In this document: piece by piece, positions 35,757-44,873 of the stretch
Numbering within the stretch: the stretch's first letter is position 1
Layout: every line of letters begins with the position of its first letter
DNA from: Thermodesulfobacteriota bacterium
GTDB lineage: Bacteria > Desulfobacterota_D > UBA1144 > Nemesobacterales > UBA2774
Assembly (NCBI GenBank): GCA_040754335.1
Contig: JBFMCV010000006.1
Coordinates: 80,710 to 144,709, forward strand
DNA length: 64,000 nucleotides
Direction: 5' to 3'
Translations under genes and position numbers: made by a program
The notes under the pieces: model-generated
What the model was told of the DNA's origin: nothing
The model's database searches: none
Seen by the model: the letters and a program-made list of their open reading frames with translations, nothing else

Positions 35757-38700
35757 TTAGATCCCCTCCTGAGGCTGCACGCTCAACCTTTCCTCCTTCC
35801 TCTCAAGAACATACCAGCGCCAGATACCGTAAATAGCCGGATAGACCACCAGCTCGAGGATGAACGATGTGAAGATGCCGCCGATCATCGGAGCGGCGAT
35901 ACGCTTCATTACGTCCGCGCCGGTGCCGGTTGACCACATGATGGGAACCAGTGCCATGAACAACACTGCTACCGTCATGACTTTCGGCCGCAGTCGTTTG
36001 ACTGCTCCGTGCACAATCGCCTCATCCAATTGCGGCTTCGTTTTCATTGAACCTTTAGCCCGCATATCCTCATATGCGAGGTCTAGATAAAGCAGCATGA
36101 ACACGCCTGTCTCTGCATCCACACCCATTAGCGCAATCAGTCCGACCCATACGGCAATGCTTGTGTTATAGCCCAGGAAATAGAGAAGCCAGATCGCGCC
36201 GACGGCGGAGAACGGCACGGCCAGGAAAATAATCAGCGTCTTGGCCACCGAGCCGGTATTGAGGTACAGCAACACGAAAATAATAAAAATCGTAATCGGC
36301 ACTACGGTCAGTAATCTGTTTTTGAACCGCTGCAAATACTCGTACTGCCCACTCCAGACGAGCGTATAGCCCGGCGGTAGTTTGACCTCCTCCTGAATTA
36401 TTTTCTTCGCCTCTTTCACATAGCCCTCATAGTCTTTCCCCTCGACATCTACGAACACGTAGCCTACTTTCTGCCCGTCCTCGTTCCTTATCTCTGGAGG
36501 GCCTGAGCTGAAGCTGATATCGGCGAGGAGCGTGATCGGGACCTGCGCTCCCGACGGTGTTGCGACGAGCACCCTTTCGAGCTTGTCCATGTCGGTTCTC
36601 AATTCTCTCGGATACCTGACGTTCACGGGGTATCTCTCCTGTCCTTCGACTGTTTGAGATATGTTTTTTCCGCCGATAGCTGTTTCTATAACGTCCTCGA
36701 CTTCTCCTATAGTGAGACCGTATCTTGCGGCCTTTTCCCGGTCTATGTCGAAATTGAGGAAATACCCTCCCGTGATCCTTTCGGCGAACGCGCTCCTCGT
36801 CCCGGGCGCTTTAGAGAGCACCTTCTCTATCTCGACGGCTATATCCTCTATGGTTTTAAGGTCGGGACCGAATACTTTGATGCCGAGGTTGCTCCTGAAG
36901 CCCGATGTCAACATCTCTGTCCTCGTCTGAATGGGCATCCAGAATATATTGGCCATGCCCGGGAATTTTACTGTCTGATTCATTTCCGATACTAGCTTTT
37001 CCCATGTCATTCCTGCCCGCCACTCACTCTCGGGCTTGAGCGTAACTACTGTCTCCACCATGCTGAGTGGTGCTGAGTCCGTGGGCGACTCGGACCGTCC
37101 TATCTTGCCGAATACCCTCTCCACCTCGGGGAATTTCATCAGCATCTTGTCCTGAATCTGGAGTATTTTGGCGGCTTCCGTTATGGACATACCGGGCACG
37201 GCCGTCGGCATGTAAAGGATAGTCCCTTCGTTCAGCGGGGGCATGAATTCTGAGCCCAGCTTGAGAAAAGGGAAAACCGTCAGTACCAGTATTACGACCG
37301 ATGCGAATAAAACGGTCTTTTTGAAACGGAGCACGAATTTTACGACCGGTTCATACAGTCTTATGAGGAACCTGCTTATGGGGTTCTTTTCCTCCGGTTT
37401 TACTCTCCCCGTCACGAGAAGGGCTACTAAGGCTGGGGTTATCGTTATTGCGAGAAGGGATGAAAAAAACATCGAGAACGTTTTTGTGAATGCAAGAGGT
37501 TTAAACAGTCTCCCCTCCTGATATTCGAGAGTGAATATAGGGAGGAATGACACCGTGATCACGAGTAAGGAAAAGAAAACAGGTCTTCCGACTTGTTTCA
37601 TCGCTTCGAGAATAGCGTCGAACCTCGATCCTTCCTCTCCCTCCGACTGCCACCTCTCAAGATTTTTATGAACGTTCTCTATGATGATGATCGAGGCGTC
37701 CACCATTGCTCCTATTGCAATAGCGATCCCTCCGAGTGACATGATATTCGAGTTGAGATGCATGTAGTACATGGGGATGAAAGCCAACAAAACCCCGATA
37801 GGGATCGACAATATGGGAATTATCGCGCTTCTGAAATGGAGGAGGAATACGATTATCACCAGGCTCACGATGATCATTTCTTCGATGAGAGTCCCTTTAA
37901 GAGTCTCTATTGCGCGGAGTATGAGGTCGGAACGGTCATAGGTGGTTACGATCTTCACTCCGTCGGGCAGCGACGGCGTTATGTCTTCGATTTTCTCTTT
38001 CACGCTTTCTATCACGTTGAGAGCGTTTTCGCCGTGGCGCATGACGACGATTCCGCCGACCGTCTCTCCTTTCCCGTCGAGCTCGGCAACGCCTCTCCTG
38101 ATATCGGGACCGAGCTGCACGTTTGCTATATCCCTAACGTAAACGGGCGTCCCGTTTCCGTTCGTCCCCACCATGATTTTCTCGATGTCGTCCACAGATT
38201 TGATGTAGCCTCTTCCCCTCACGTAGTACTCGGTCGACGCGAATTCGACGACCCTGCCGCCGACGTCGTTGTTGCTCGTCCTGATCGCTTCTATCACTTC
38301 GTTTATGGGTATTGCGTAGGCTACGAGTTTGTTGGGGTCGATTTCTACCTGGTACTGTTTCACGAAGCCGCCCACGCTCGCGACCTCGGCGACTCCGGGA
38401 ACCGATTCGAGCCAGTACCTCAAATACCAGTCCTGAAACGAGCGGAGATCGGCCAGGTCATGCTTGCCGGATTCATCCACCAGCGCGTATTCATAGACCC
38501 ATCCCACTCCCGTTGCGTCGGGTCCCAGCGTCGGGTTGACTCCTTCGGGGAGTTTCCCTCTCACCTCGTTTAAATATTCTAGCACTCGGCTTCTCGCCCA
38601 ATACAAATCCGTCCCGTCTTCGAAAATCACGTAGACGAGCGACGTGCCGAACATCGACTGTCCCCTCACGTATTTCACCTTTGGAGCGGCTATCATGCTC

Positions 38701-38912
38701 GTGACGATGGGGTAAGTGATCTGGTCTTCTATCAAGTCCGGGCTTCTCCCTTCCCAGTCGGTGAATACTATGACCTGGACGTCGGACAGATCGGGCAGCG
38801 CGTCAAGCGGAGTGTTCTTCATCGCCCAGTATCCCCAGGCGGCGAGAAAAGCAACGAGCGTGATCGTTAAAAACTTGTTCCTTGCAGAGTATTCTATGAT
38901 TTTATCTATCAT
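35757..38912 (-). CDS. cusA: Heavy-metal efflux RND pump, CusA/CzcA family
   Basis: 1051 aa with 12-TM RND architecture. The N-terminus MIDKIIEYSARNKFLTI..ALPDLSDVQVIVFT is typical of CusA-type HME-RND pumps. Confidence 0.93.
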   Translation of the reverse strand: MIDKIIEYSARNKFLTITLVAFLAAWGYWAMKNTPLDALPDLSDVQVIVFTDWEGRSPDLIEDQITYPIVTSMIAAPKVKYVRGQSMFGTSLVYVIFEDGTDLYWARSRVLEYLNEVRGKLPEGVNPTLGPDATGVGWVYEYALVDESGKHDLADLRSFQDWYLRYWLESVPGVAEVASVGGFVKQYQVEIDPNKLVAYAIPINEVIEAIRTSNNDVGGRVVEFASTEYYVRGRGYIKSVDDIEKIMVGTNGNGTPVYVRDIANVQLGPDIRRGVAELDGKGETVGGIVVMRHGENALNVIESVKEKIEDITPSLPDGVKIVTTYDRSDLILRAIETLKGTLIEEMIIVSLVIIVFLLHFRSAIIPILSIPIGVLLAFIPMYYMHLNSNIMSLGGIAIAIGAMVDASIIIIENVHKNLERWQSEGEEGSRFDAILEAMKQVGRPVFFSLLVITVSFLPIFTLEYQEGRLFKPLAFTKTFSMFFSSLLAITITPALVALLVTGRVKPEEKNPISRFLIRLYEPVVKFVLRFKKTVLFASVVILVLTVFPFLKLGSEFMPPLNEGTILYMPTAVPGMSITEAAKILQIQDKMLMKFPEVERVFGKIGRSESPTDSAPLSMVETVVTLKPESEWRAGMTWEKLVSEMNQTVKFPGMANIFWMPIQTRTEMLTSGFRSNLGIKVFGPDLKTIEDIAVEIEKVLSKAPGTRSAFAERITGGYFLNFDIDREKAARYGLTIGEVEDVIETAIGGKNISQTVEGQERYPVNVRYPRELRTDMDKLERVLVATPSGAQVPITLLADISFSSGPPEIRNEDGQKVGYVFVDVEGKDYEGYVKEAKKIIQEEVKLPPGYTLVWSGQYEYLQRFKNRLLTVVPITIFIIFVLLYLNTGSVAKTLIIFLAVPFSAVGAIWLLYFLGYNTSIAVWVGLIALMGVDAETGVFMLLYLDLAYEDMRAKGSMKTKPQLDEAIVHGAVKRLRPKVMTVAVLFMALVPIMWSTGTGADVMKRIAAPMIGGIFTSFILELVVYPAIYGIWRWYVLERKEERLSVQPQEGI

Positions 38913-39002
38913 CGATCCTTTCCTTTTAAGCTCTTAGCGATAGGCAGTCATTTCTGCCAATGAGACTCGATGTCATGCATGCAGCGCCTGGCTCTCGCAG
39001 TA

Positions 39003-40463
39003 TCAATGTCCTTCGTGTGATCCCATACTTTCTTCTTCTCCCTCGCCTTCTTCCCACGATGCGACCGCGGCCTGTATCTTGCTTTCGGAGTCGATAAGGA
39101 AATTCGCCCTCGTGACGACTCTCTCTCCTTCGCTGAGTCCCTTGAGCACTTCGTAATAACCGTCCGATTTCTGACCGAGCTCCACCCTCTTTATCTCCAT
39201 GCTGCCCCCGCCCCTGTCTACGAACACTACGTCCTGCTTCCCGGTGCGGAGCACTGCGGATTCGGGTATCGCCAGTTTCTCCCCGAGCGGGATGTCTATG
39301 CTCACGTCCGCATACATTTCGGGGAGGAGCCTCATGTCGGGGTTGGAGAATTCGAGACGCGCCTTCGCCGTCCTCGTCTTCATGTCCAGGTGGGGCGGCA
39401 TGAACGCTACTTCCCCGTGGAATTCCTCGCCCGGAAACGACTTTAAAGTCATTACCGCGTGATCGCCGGGCTTGACGAGCGGTATCTCGTTCTCGTATAT
39501 ATCGACTTCGACCCACACGTTGGAATGATCGGCGATCGTATACAGGCTGGTGCCGGGTTCGACGTACATGTTCTCGAATACGTTCTTCTCGGTAATTACG
39601 CCCGAGACCGGGGAGTAAATGACGAGGCTCTCCTTTACCTTCCCGGTTTCCCCGAGCTCACGAATCTGTCCTTCGGAAATATCCCACAGCTCGAGCCGTT
39701 TCTTCGTCGCGTCGAGGAGCGAATTCGCTCCGCCGGATATATCGGAGAACTCACTGCCCGAGAGGATCTCTTTCGAGCGCAGCGCGAGGAGGTACTCCTG
39801 CTGCGTCGAGACGAGCTCCGGGCTGTATATGGAGAACAGCGGGTCTCCTTTCTTTACGTGCTCGAGGGTGTAATCTACGTAGAGCTTGTCTATCCAGCCG
39901 CTGAATTTCGTATGGATTTGTTCGACCTTCGTCTCGTCGAGCGTCACTCTGCCCACGGTCCTTATCGTTTTGTCCATTGAGCGCATGGCGACAGGCTCCG
40001 TTTTAACGCCTATCAGCTGCTGCCTCTCCGTGCTGACGGTGAATCGGGAGCTCGGCTCGCCTTCTCCAGTTTCGGGGGCAGGCACTCCCATGCCGTGCCT
40101 GCTATGGTCCACGGCCCCCGTTTCGGTCGAGCTTTCGGATTCCGCCACGGTTTCTTTCTCGGCGCTCTCTCCAGCGGGCTCGGTCCCGGTTCCCGGTTTT
40201 TTAGTTACCGGCACGAGCTCCATACCGCAGATAGGGCAGTTGCCCGGCTCTTTCATCTTTACGGACGGGTGCATGGCGCACGTCCAGTAATCGATCTCGC
40301 CTTCGGCTGTAAGGACAGGGCGCCACTCATGCTCGTGCCTCTCCGAGAAAAACGGAATCTCTTTCAGCACCGGTATGCTGTATCCGTACTTGTATATAAT
40401 GAGCGATACCGCCGTCAGGACTACCAAAGCCGCAATAATATTCAAGCCTGTTCTCTTCTTCAT
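39003..40463 (-). CDS. cusB: Efflux RND periplasmic adaptor (CusB-like) with an N-terminal heavy-metal-binding zinc-ribbon domain
   Basis: Start at ATG 40463 (MKKRTGLNIIAAL.., TM anchor) overlaps the upstream stop as ATGA. HMBD motif WTCAMHPSVKMKEPGNCPICGMELV. MFP beta-barrel/lipoyl regions follow. Confidence 0.9.
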   Translation of the reverse strand: MKKRTGLNIIAALVVLTAVSLIIYKYGYSIPVLKEIPFFSERHEHEWRPVLTAEGEIDYWTCAMHPSVKMKEPGNCPICGMELVPVTKKPGTGTEPAGESAEKETVAESESSTETGAVDHSRHGMGVPAPETGEGEPSSRFTVSTERQQLIGVKTEPVAMRSMDKTIRTVGRVTLDETKVEQIHTKFSGWIDKLYVDYTLEHVKKGDPLFSIYSPELVSTQQEYLLALRSKEILSGSEFSDISGGANSLLDATKKRLELWDISEGQIRELGETGKVKESLVIYSPVSGVITEKNVFENMYVEPGTSLYTIADHSNVWVEVDIYENEIPLVKPGDHAVMTLKSFPGEEFHGEVAFMPPHLDMKTRTAKARLEFSNPDMRLLPEMYADVSIDIPLGEKLAIPESAVLRTGKQDVVFVDRGGGSMEIKRVELGQKSDGYYEVLKGLSEGERVVTRANFLIDSESKIQAAVASWEEGEGEEESMGSHEGH

Positions 40464-41743
40464 CTCCGTTCTCCCTTCATTTCGTATTGGCCTCCAATAT
40501 CGGCTCCCGAAAGCTCTTCTATCCTCGCAATCGCTTTCTCGTAATCCGTCAGCTGCCTCTCGTATTCGAGCTCGAAGCTGAAAACGGTCACGAGGTTGTC
40601 TATCAGCGTCAGGAAGTCGACCGTTCCTACCTGATAGCCTGAGACCGCCGATTCGAGCGAGAGCTTTGACTGGGGTATTATCCCCTTTTGATAGAGGTTC
40701 ATGAGTTTCTCCGCCGTCCTGGCGTTGAGGTAGCTCTCCTTCACGCTGAAGTTGATCTCCTGGTTCGTCGAGCTGTACTCCTCCTGTGCCCCTTTCAGCT
40801 CGAGCGCCGCTTCCTCGATCCCCGGCTTCTGCTTGCTCCAGAAGTAGAGCGGCACCTTCAGTCCGAGAGATACTTCCCATACGCCCTCGATCCCGTTCCC
40901 TTCCTTGCCCATGATCCCCGGAGAGGCTTCGACAACGAAATCGGGATAGAGATCCTTCCGGGCAAGACTGAGCGCCTCTTCTCCCCGCGCGATCTCTCTT
41001 TCCCTCATCGCAAGGAGTGGCGCGTTTTCCCCGGCGAGCCCGCTTACCTCCTCGGATGTCAGGATAAGAGGGGTTTTATCGATTTTCCCGGGTCTTCCGA
41101 GCGGCGAGTCCTGGGGCCGGTTGAGTATGCTTTTTATTCTCGCCTCGATTATCTCTTCTCTCTGCCTGAGCACCTCGAGCTGCTCGATAAACTTTGAGTT
41201 CTCGACCTGCGCCCGGAGCACGTCCTGCTGTATGCCCTTTCCCACCTCGTACTTGACTTCGGCGATTTTGGTGAACTTCCGGAGAAGTTCCTGATTCCTT
41301 CCGGTGATCTCTATGGCTTTTCCGGCCAGGTACCAGTCGTAATAGGCGACCTTGAGATCCGCGATCACCCTCCTCTCCGTTGCCAGGTAGGATTTCTCCC
41401 CGGCTTCGGACTCTCTCTCCGCGATCTTCTTTTTCAGGGAGAGTTTTCCGGGAAATGGTATCTCCTGCTCGAACGAGAATCTCAGCATGCTGTCAGGGTC
41501 TTCGTCGAGGGTTATGCTGTCGAAGCTCACGTTCTGCCAGCCCACACCTATCATCGGATCGGGCAGAGTCCCTTCCTGGGACGGGCGCTTGGTAGACGCC
41601 CGCCACTTGGCGTTTGCCGCCTTTATCTCCGGATTATTTTGACGCGCCTCGTTTATCAAGGAATCGAGAGTCTCGATTTCCTGCGCAAATAAACCCTGCG
41701 TAAATAATAAGATGAGAAATATCGTTCCTAATGTTGCTTTCAT
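40460..41743 (-). CDS. cusC: TolC-family outer-membrane efflux protein (CusC-like)
   Basis: Signal peptide MKATLGTIFLILLFTQGLFA after a GGAGG SD, and two TolC-type repeats. The ORF is open to 41800. Confidence 0.88.
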   Translation of the reverse strand: MKATLGTIFLILLFTQGLFAQEIETLDSLINEARQNNPEIKAANAKWRASTKRPSQEGTLPDPMIGVGWQNVSFDSITLDEDPDSMLRFSFEQEIPFPGKLSLKKKIAERESEAGEKSYLATERRVIADLKVAYYDWYLAGKAIEITGRNQELLRKFTKIAEVKYEVGKGIQQDVLRAQVENSKFIEQLEVLRQREEIIEARIKSILNRPQDSPLGRPGKIDKTPLILTSEEVSGLAGENAPLLAMREREIARGEEALSLARKDLYPDFVVEASPGIMGKEGNGIEGVWEVSLGLKVPLYFWSKQKPGIEEAALELKGAQEEYSSTNQEINFSVKESYLNARTAEKLMNLYQKGIIPQSKLSLESAVSGYQVGTVDFLTLIDNLVTVFSFELEYERQLTDYEKAIARIEELSGADIGGQYEMKGERR

Positions 41744-41862
41744 ATATTTACCTCCTGTAGAGAGGGGAATGCTTAAAATGTATGAATGTTGAAAACGCAA
41801 GAATCCCTCGCCGCCAGTTACATATCACGAGGCAGTACGGGGATCAAATAGAAAAGATGAAA

Positions 41863-42252
41863 TTATAGTAAGAATGTGGAATTGACGATCTGCAGATCGG
41901 GCGGGTCGTGTTCTCTTTGAGAGAAACCCTGTGCTCGATTGACGTAGCCCCTTTGATAATACATGTTTGTCAATGAGACTGTGTGAACCAGGACCGGATC
42001 AATTTTTGAAGGGGGGTCGAGAGGGGCGTTAGTAAGTCCCTCCAAACAGCATGAAGAGATCTTTCCTGACGGTCCGTGTATCCTGTGCATGGCGGGTTTT
42101 TCGCTGCTCTCCTTAGCAACGCCAACGTTCCCGTGACAACTCATCACAGTTTTAGCCGGCGCGGTTTCAGTCGAAGCGACAACGTCGGGCTGGAACCCGC
42201 TGTAGCAGAGAATGATGTTGAATACCAAGAAAATGCTCGTGAATCTCTTCAT
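41863..42252 (-). CDS. Small exported Cys/His-containing hypothetical protein (first gene of the cus-like cluster)
   Basis: 129 aa with a signal peptide. Motifs MSCHGN, MHRIHG and SSCCLEG. No SD; the ATG lies ~14 nt downstream of a -10-like hexamer. Confidence 0.55.
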   Translation of the reverse strand: MKRFTSIFLVFNIILCYSGFQPDVVASTETAPAKTVMSCHGNVGVAKESSEKPAMHRIHGPSGKISSCCLEGLTNAPLDPPSKIDPVLVHTVSLTNMYYQRGYVNRAQGFSQREHDPPDLQIVNSTFLL

Positions 42253-42266
42253 AATATCCAGTTCAT

Positions 42267-42294
42267 ATAATATAGCTTAATGTGTCGAAGTCAA
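42267..42294 (-). promoter_or_regulatory. Sigma70-like promoter (TTGACT-16 nt-TATTAT) reading into the cus-like cluster
   Basis: On the minus strand: TTGACT (42294-42289) and TATTAT (42272-42267). Confidence 0.4.
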
Positions 42295-42303
42295 ATAAGT
42301 TTT

Positions 42304-42332
42304 AATCCTGGGGATTGATATCAATCAGGATT
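42304..42332. promoter_or_regulatory. Dyad-symmetric candidate operator (AATCCTG-GG-GATTGATATCAATC-AGGATT)
   Basis: Perfect 14-bp palindrome GATTGATATCAATC (42313-42326) nested in 7-bp outer arms. Lies ~10 nt upstream of the -35 of the minus-strand promoter. Confidence 0.4.
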
Positions 42333-42453
42333 TATAGACGATTGGGACAAGCATTATGGAACGGGTAAGATAGTTCCGGATTATCGTCGGAGGTCACGGG
42401 TGCATGAGCGAACTCGATATGAAAAGTCAGTGATTTAAAGGAGGTACCGTTAT

Positions 42454-43452
42454 ATGGAATACGTGAAGATCAGCGGAACCGATATTCTGTCCTCCCGAAT
42501 TGGTCTAGGCTGCTGGGCTATAGGGGGCTGGCTCTGGGGAGGGAGCGAAGAGCGCGAATCCGTAGACACGATTCTCTCTGCGCTCGAAAGAGGCATAAAC
42601 CTCATGGACACGGCTGCGATCTACGGCTTCGGCAGGTCGGAAGAGATAGTAGGTAAGGCGCTATCCGAGTACGGACAGAGGGATAAAGTCATAATCGCTA
42701 CCAAAGCGGGTCTCGACTGGACATCCGGCAAGGTTTACCGGAATTCAACCAGGGGCCGCATCATGAAGGAAGTCGAAGATTCGCTCGGGAGGCTGAGAAC
42801 AAATTATATAGACATATACCAGATACACTGGCCCGACTTCGACACGCCGATCGAGGAAGCCGCGTCCGCCATGGACGAGCTCTACAGGGCCGGGATAATT
42901 AGGGCGATAGGCGTCAGTAACTATTCTGTCGAACATATGGACGCATTCAGGCTTAAGGCTCCTTTACATGTCTCGCAGCCCCCGTATAACCTGTTCGAGA
43001 GGGGCATCGAAGACGATATTCTGCCTTACTGTGACTCGAAGGGGATTACGATGCTCTTTTACGGGGCTATCTGCCGCGGATTACTTAGCGGGAGGATGAA
43101 AGAGGATACGAGGTTCGAAGGGGACGATATACGGAAGGCGGACCCTAAATTCAAGGAGCCGAGGTTCGGGCAGTATATGAAGGCGGTCGGGATGCTGGAT
43201 GAATACGCACGGAGGAAATACGGGAAAAGGGTTATTCACCTCGCTGTACGCTGGATTCTCGACAAAGCTCCCAATCACGTCGCGCTCTGGGGGGCGAGAC
43301 GCCCCGGCCAGCTGGACCCCGTTCCGGAAATGATGGGATGGTCACTCGATCACGACGACTTCCGTGCGATCGACAAAATACTCGCGGAGTGTATCAAGGA
43401 TCCGGTAGGCCCCGAATTCATGGCGCCTCCTTCGCATAAGCCAAAAGACTGA
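42454..43452 (+). CDS. Aldo/keto reductase
   Basis: AKR pattern GLGCWAIGG..., YQIHWPD, GVSNYS. 332 aa. GGAGG SD. Confidence 0.88.
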   Translation: MEYVKISGTDILSSRIGLGCWAIGGWLWGGSEERESVDTILSALERGINLMDTAAIYGFGRSEEIVGKALSEYGQRDKVIIATKAGLDWTSGKVYRNSTRGRIMKEVEDSLGRLRTNYIDIYQIHWPDFDTPIEEAASAMDELYRAGIIRAIGVSNYSVEHMDAFRLKAPLHVSQPPYNLFERGIEDDILPYCDSKGITMLFYGAICRGLLSGRMKEDTRFEGDDIRKADPKFKEPRFGQYMKAVGMLDEYARRKYGKRVIHLAVRWILDKAPNHVALWGARRPGQLDPVPEMMGWSLDHDDFRAIDKILAECIKDPVGPEFMAPPSHKPKD

Positions 43453-43508
43453 CATGATCTCTTGCCTCGGTTATGCAAGCGTGTATGGATGTATCTTCTT
43501 CGCGTTAA

Positions 43509-44162
43509 TTAGTGCTGGATGGATTCGATCAGCCTGGGATTTAGCTCGTCCATGGACTCCAGTATCAGGTGGGCTTTTTCGAACGCTTCTCGGCTGAGCC
43601 TCTTGTCGGGGATCGCTATACAGTACATTCCCGCAGCCGTCGCCGACATCACGCCGTTGATCGAGTCCTCGATCGCCACGCACTCTTGCGGTCTCACGCC
43701 GAGCCTCTCGGCCGTATGTAGATATATGTCCGGGTGAGGCTTCCCGTTCTCCGTGCATTCCCCGGATACGACGGCGTCGAAATAAGGATAGAGCGAGAAC
43801 ATATCAAGTACGAAGTTTATTACGCTGAGTGGAGAGCTCGACGCCACAGCCATGAGATATCCCCTCGGCCTGAGTGATTCTAAAAGTGGCGTCAGTGCGG
43901 GCATGAGATTGAGTTCCTCTTCATATATAGCGGTCAGTATTTCGACCCTCTCCGATATTATCTCATCGACCGTTTCTCCGAGCGAGAACGTATCTCTCAG
44001 GAGTTTTCCCGAGTCCCTCTGGTTGAGACCCACTATGAGGTCCCTGTACTCCGGGCTGTAATCGATGTTCCTTCTTGCGAGTAGTATCCTCTCCGTTTTT
44101 TCCCAGAGCGGCTCGCTGTCTATCATTACGCCGTCCATGTCGAAAATTACAGCTTTGATCAT
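43509..44162 (-). CDS. HAD-superfamily hydrolase (beta-phosphoglucomutase-like subfamily IA)
   Basis: DxDG motif VIFDMDGVMIDSE. SSS and EDS..G motifs. Confidence 0.85.
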   Translation of the reverse strand: MIKAVIFDMDGVMIDSEPLWEKTERILLARRNIDYSPEYRDLIVGLNQRDSGKLLRDTFSLGETVDEIISERVEILTAIYEEELNLMPALTPLLESLRPRGYLMAVASSSPLSVINFVLDMFSLYPYFDAVVSGECTENGKPHPDIYLHTAERLGVRPQECVAIEDSINGVMSATAAGMYCIAIPDKRLSREAFEKAHLILESMDELNPRLIESIQH

Positions 44163-44401
44163 AGGGGGAATTGCGAATGTTCCTTTCTAATTAATTTCGG
44201 GCCTGGATTTAATAAGGTAATGAGGTTACCTGAGAAATCCTTCCTGAAAAAGGCGCAGAAAGGATAGGGCGGTCTCTCATATGGCGGAGACGATCTCCGG
44301 CTATAGTTTGAAAGTATGCTTATAGGAAAACAGGGGATTAGTTATGCTTATCCCCTCGATGCCCCCAAATTACCTATAAGACGCCGCGTGTTTTCTCCCG
44401 G

Positions 44402-44695
44402 TTAGTCTATTAGGATGCCGAAGTTAAAAGAACCCGTGACTGGGGGATAATAGGACGGCGCATAATAAACAGGCGGCGGTGCATAGATCACAGGCGGCGG
44501 AGGGGCGTAATATACGTAAGGCCTTGGATAATATGCAGGCCCGTAAAAGAAGTTGGCTGAGAAACTAGAATGGTTCTTGTAGTAATGCCCGCCATGATGC
44601 TTATATTGCCCGTGTCCTTTCCGCGCAAAGCTTGCGGAAGGCATGGCTATAACTAAGGCAATAATTATTAAAATCGGCAATATGAGTTTTTTCAT
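44402..44695 (-). CDS. Small secreted His-rich, Tyr/Pro-rich hypothetical protein
   Basis: Signal peptide, KGHGQYKHHGGHYYKNH, then a YYAPPPPVIYAPPPVYYAPSYYPP low-complexity region. Confidence 0.55.
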   Translation of the reverse strand: MKKLILPILIIIALVIAMPSASFARKGHGQYKHHGGHYYKNHSSFSANFFYGPAYYPRPYVYYAPPPPVIYAPPPVYYAPSYYPPVTGSFNFGILID

Positions 44696-44873
44696 TGCTG
44701 TCTCCTATAAATAACTTCGTCTATATATTTATATAAACCTCAACAGCGCAATAAAAGTTGCATGACCTTATCGATGCTCATCTAAATCCAATTATTCCTG
44801 ATGCAGCCGTTGACTTCTACAATTATTTTATCGGAGGTGAAAATTGACGGATTACGGGGGGATAGCGCGGGTT

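Noticed and set aside
39003-40880. 625-aa ORF suggesting a much longer CusB-like protein
   Set aside because: The first 139 codons overlap the TolC-like gene in another frame and are Arg/Gly-rich nonsense-like sequence. ATG 40463 gives a normal MKKRTG + TM-anchor start and the classic ATGA stop/start overlap.
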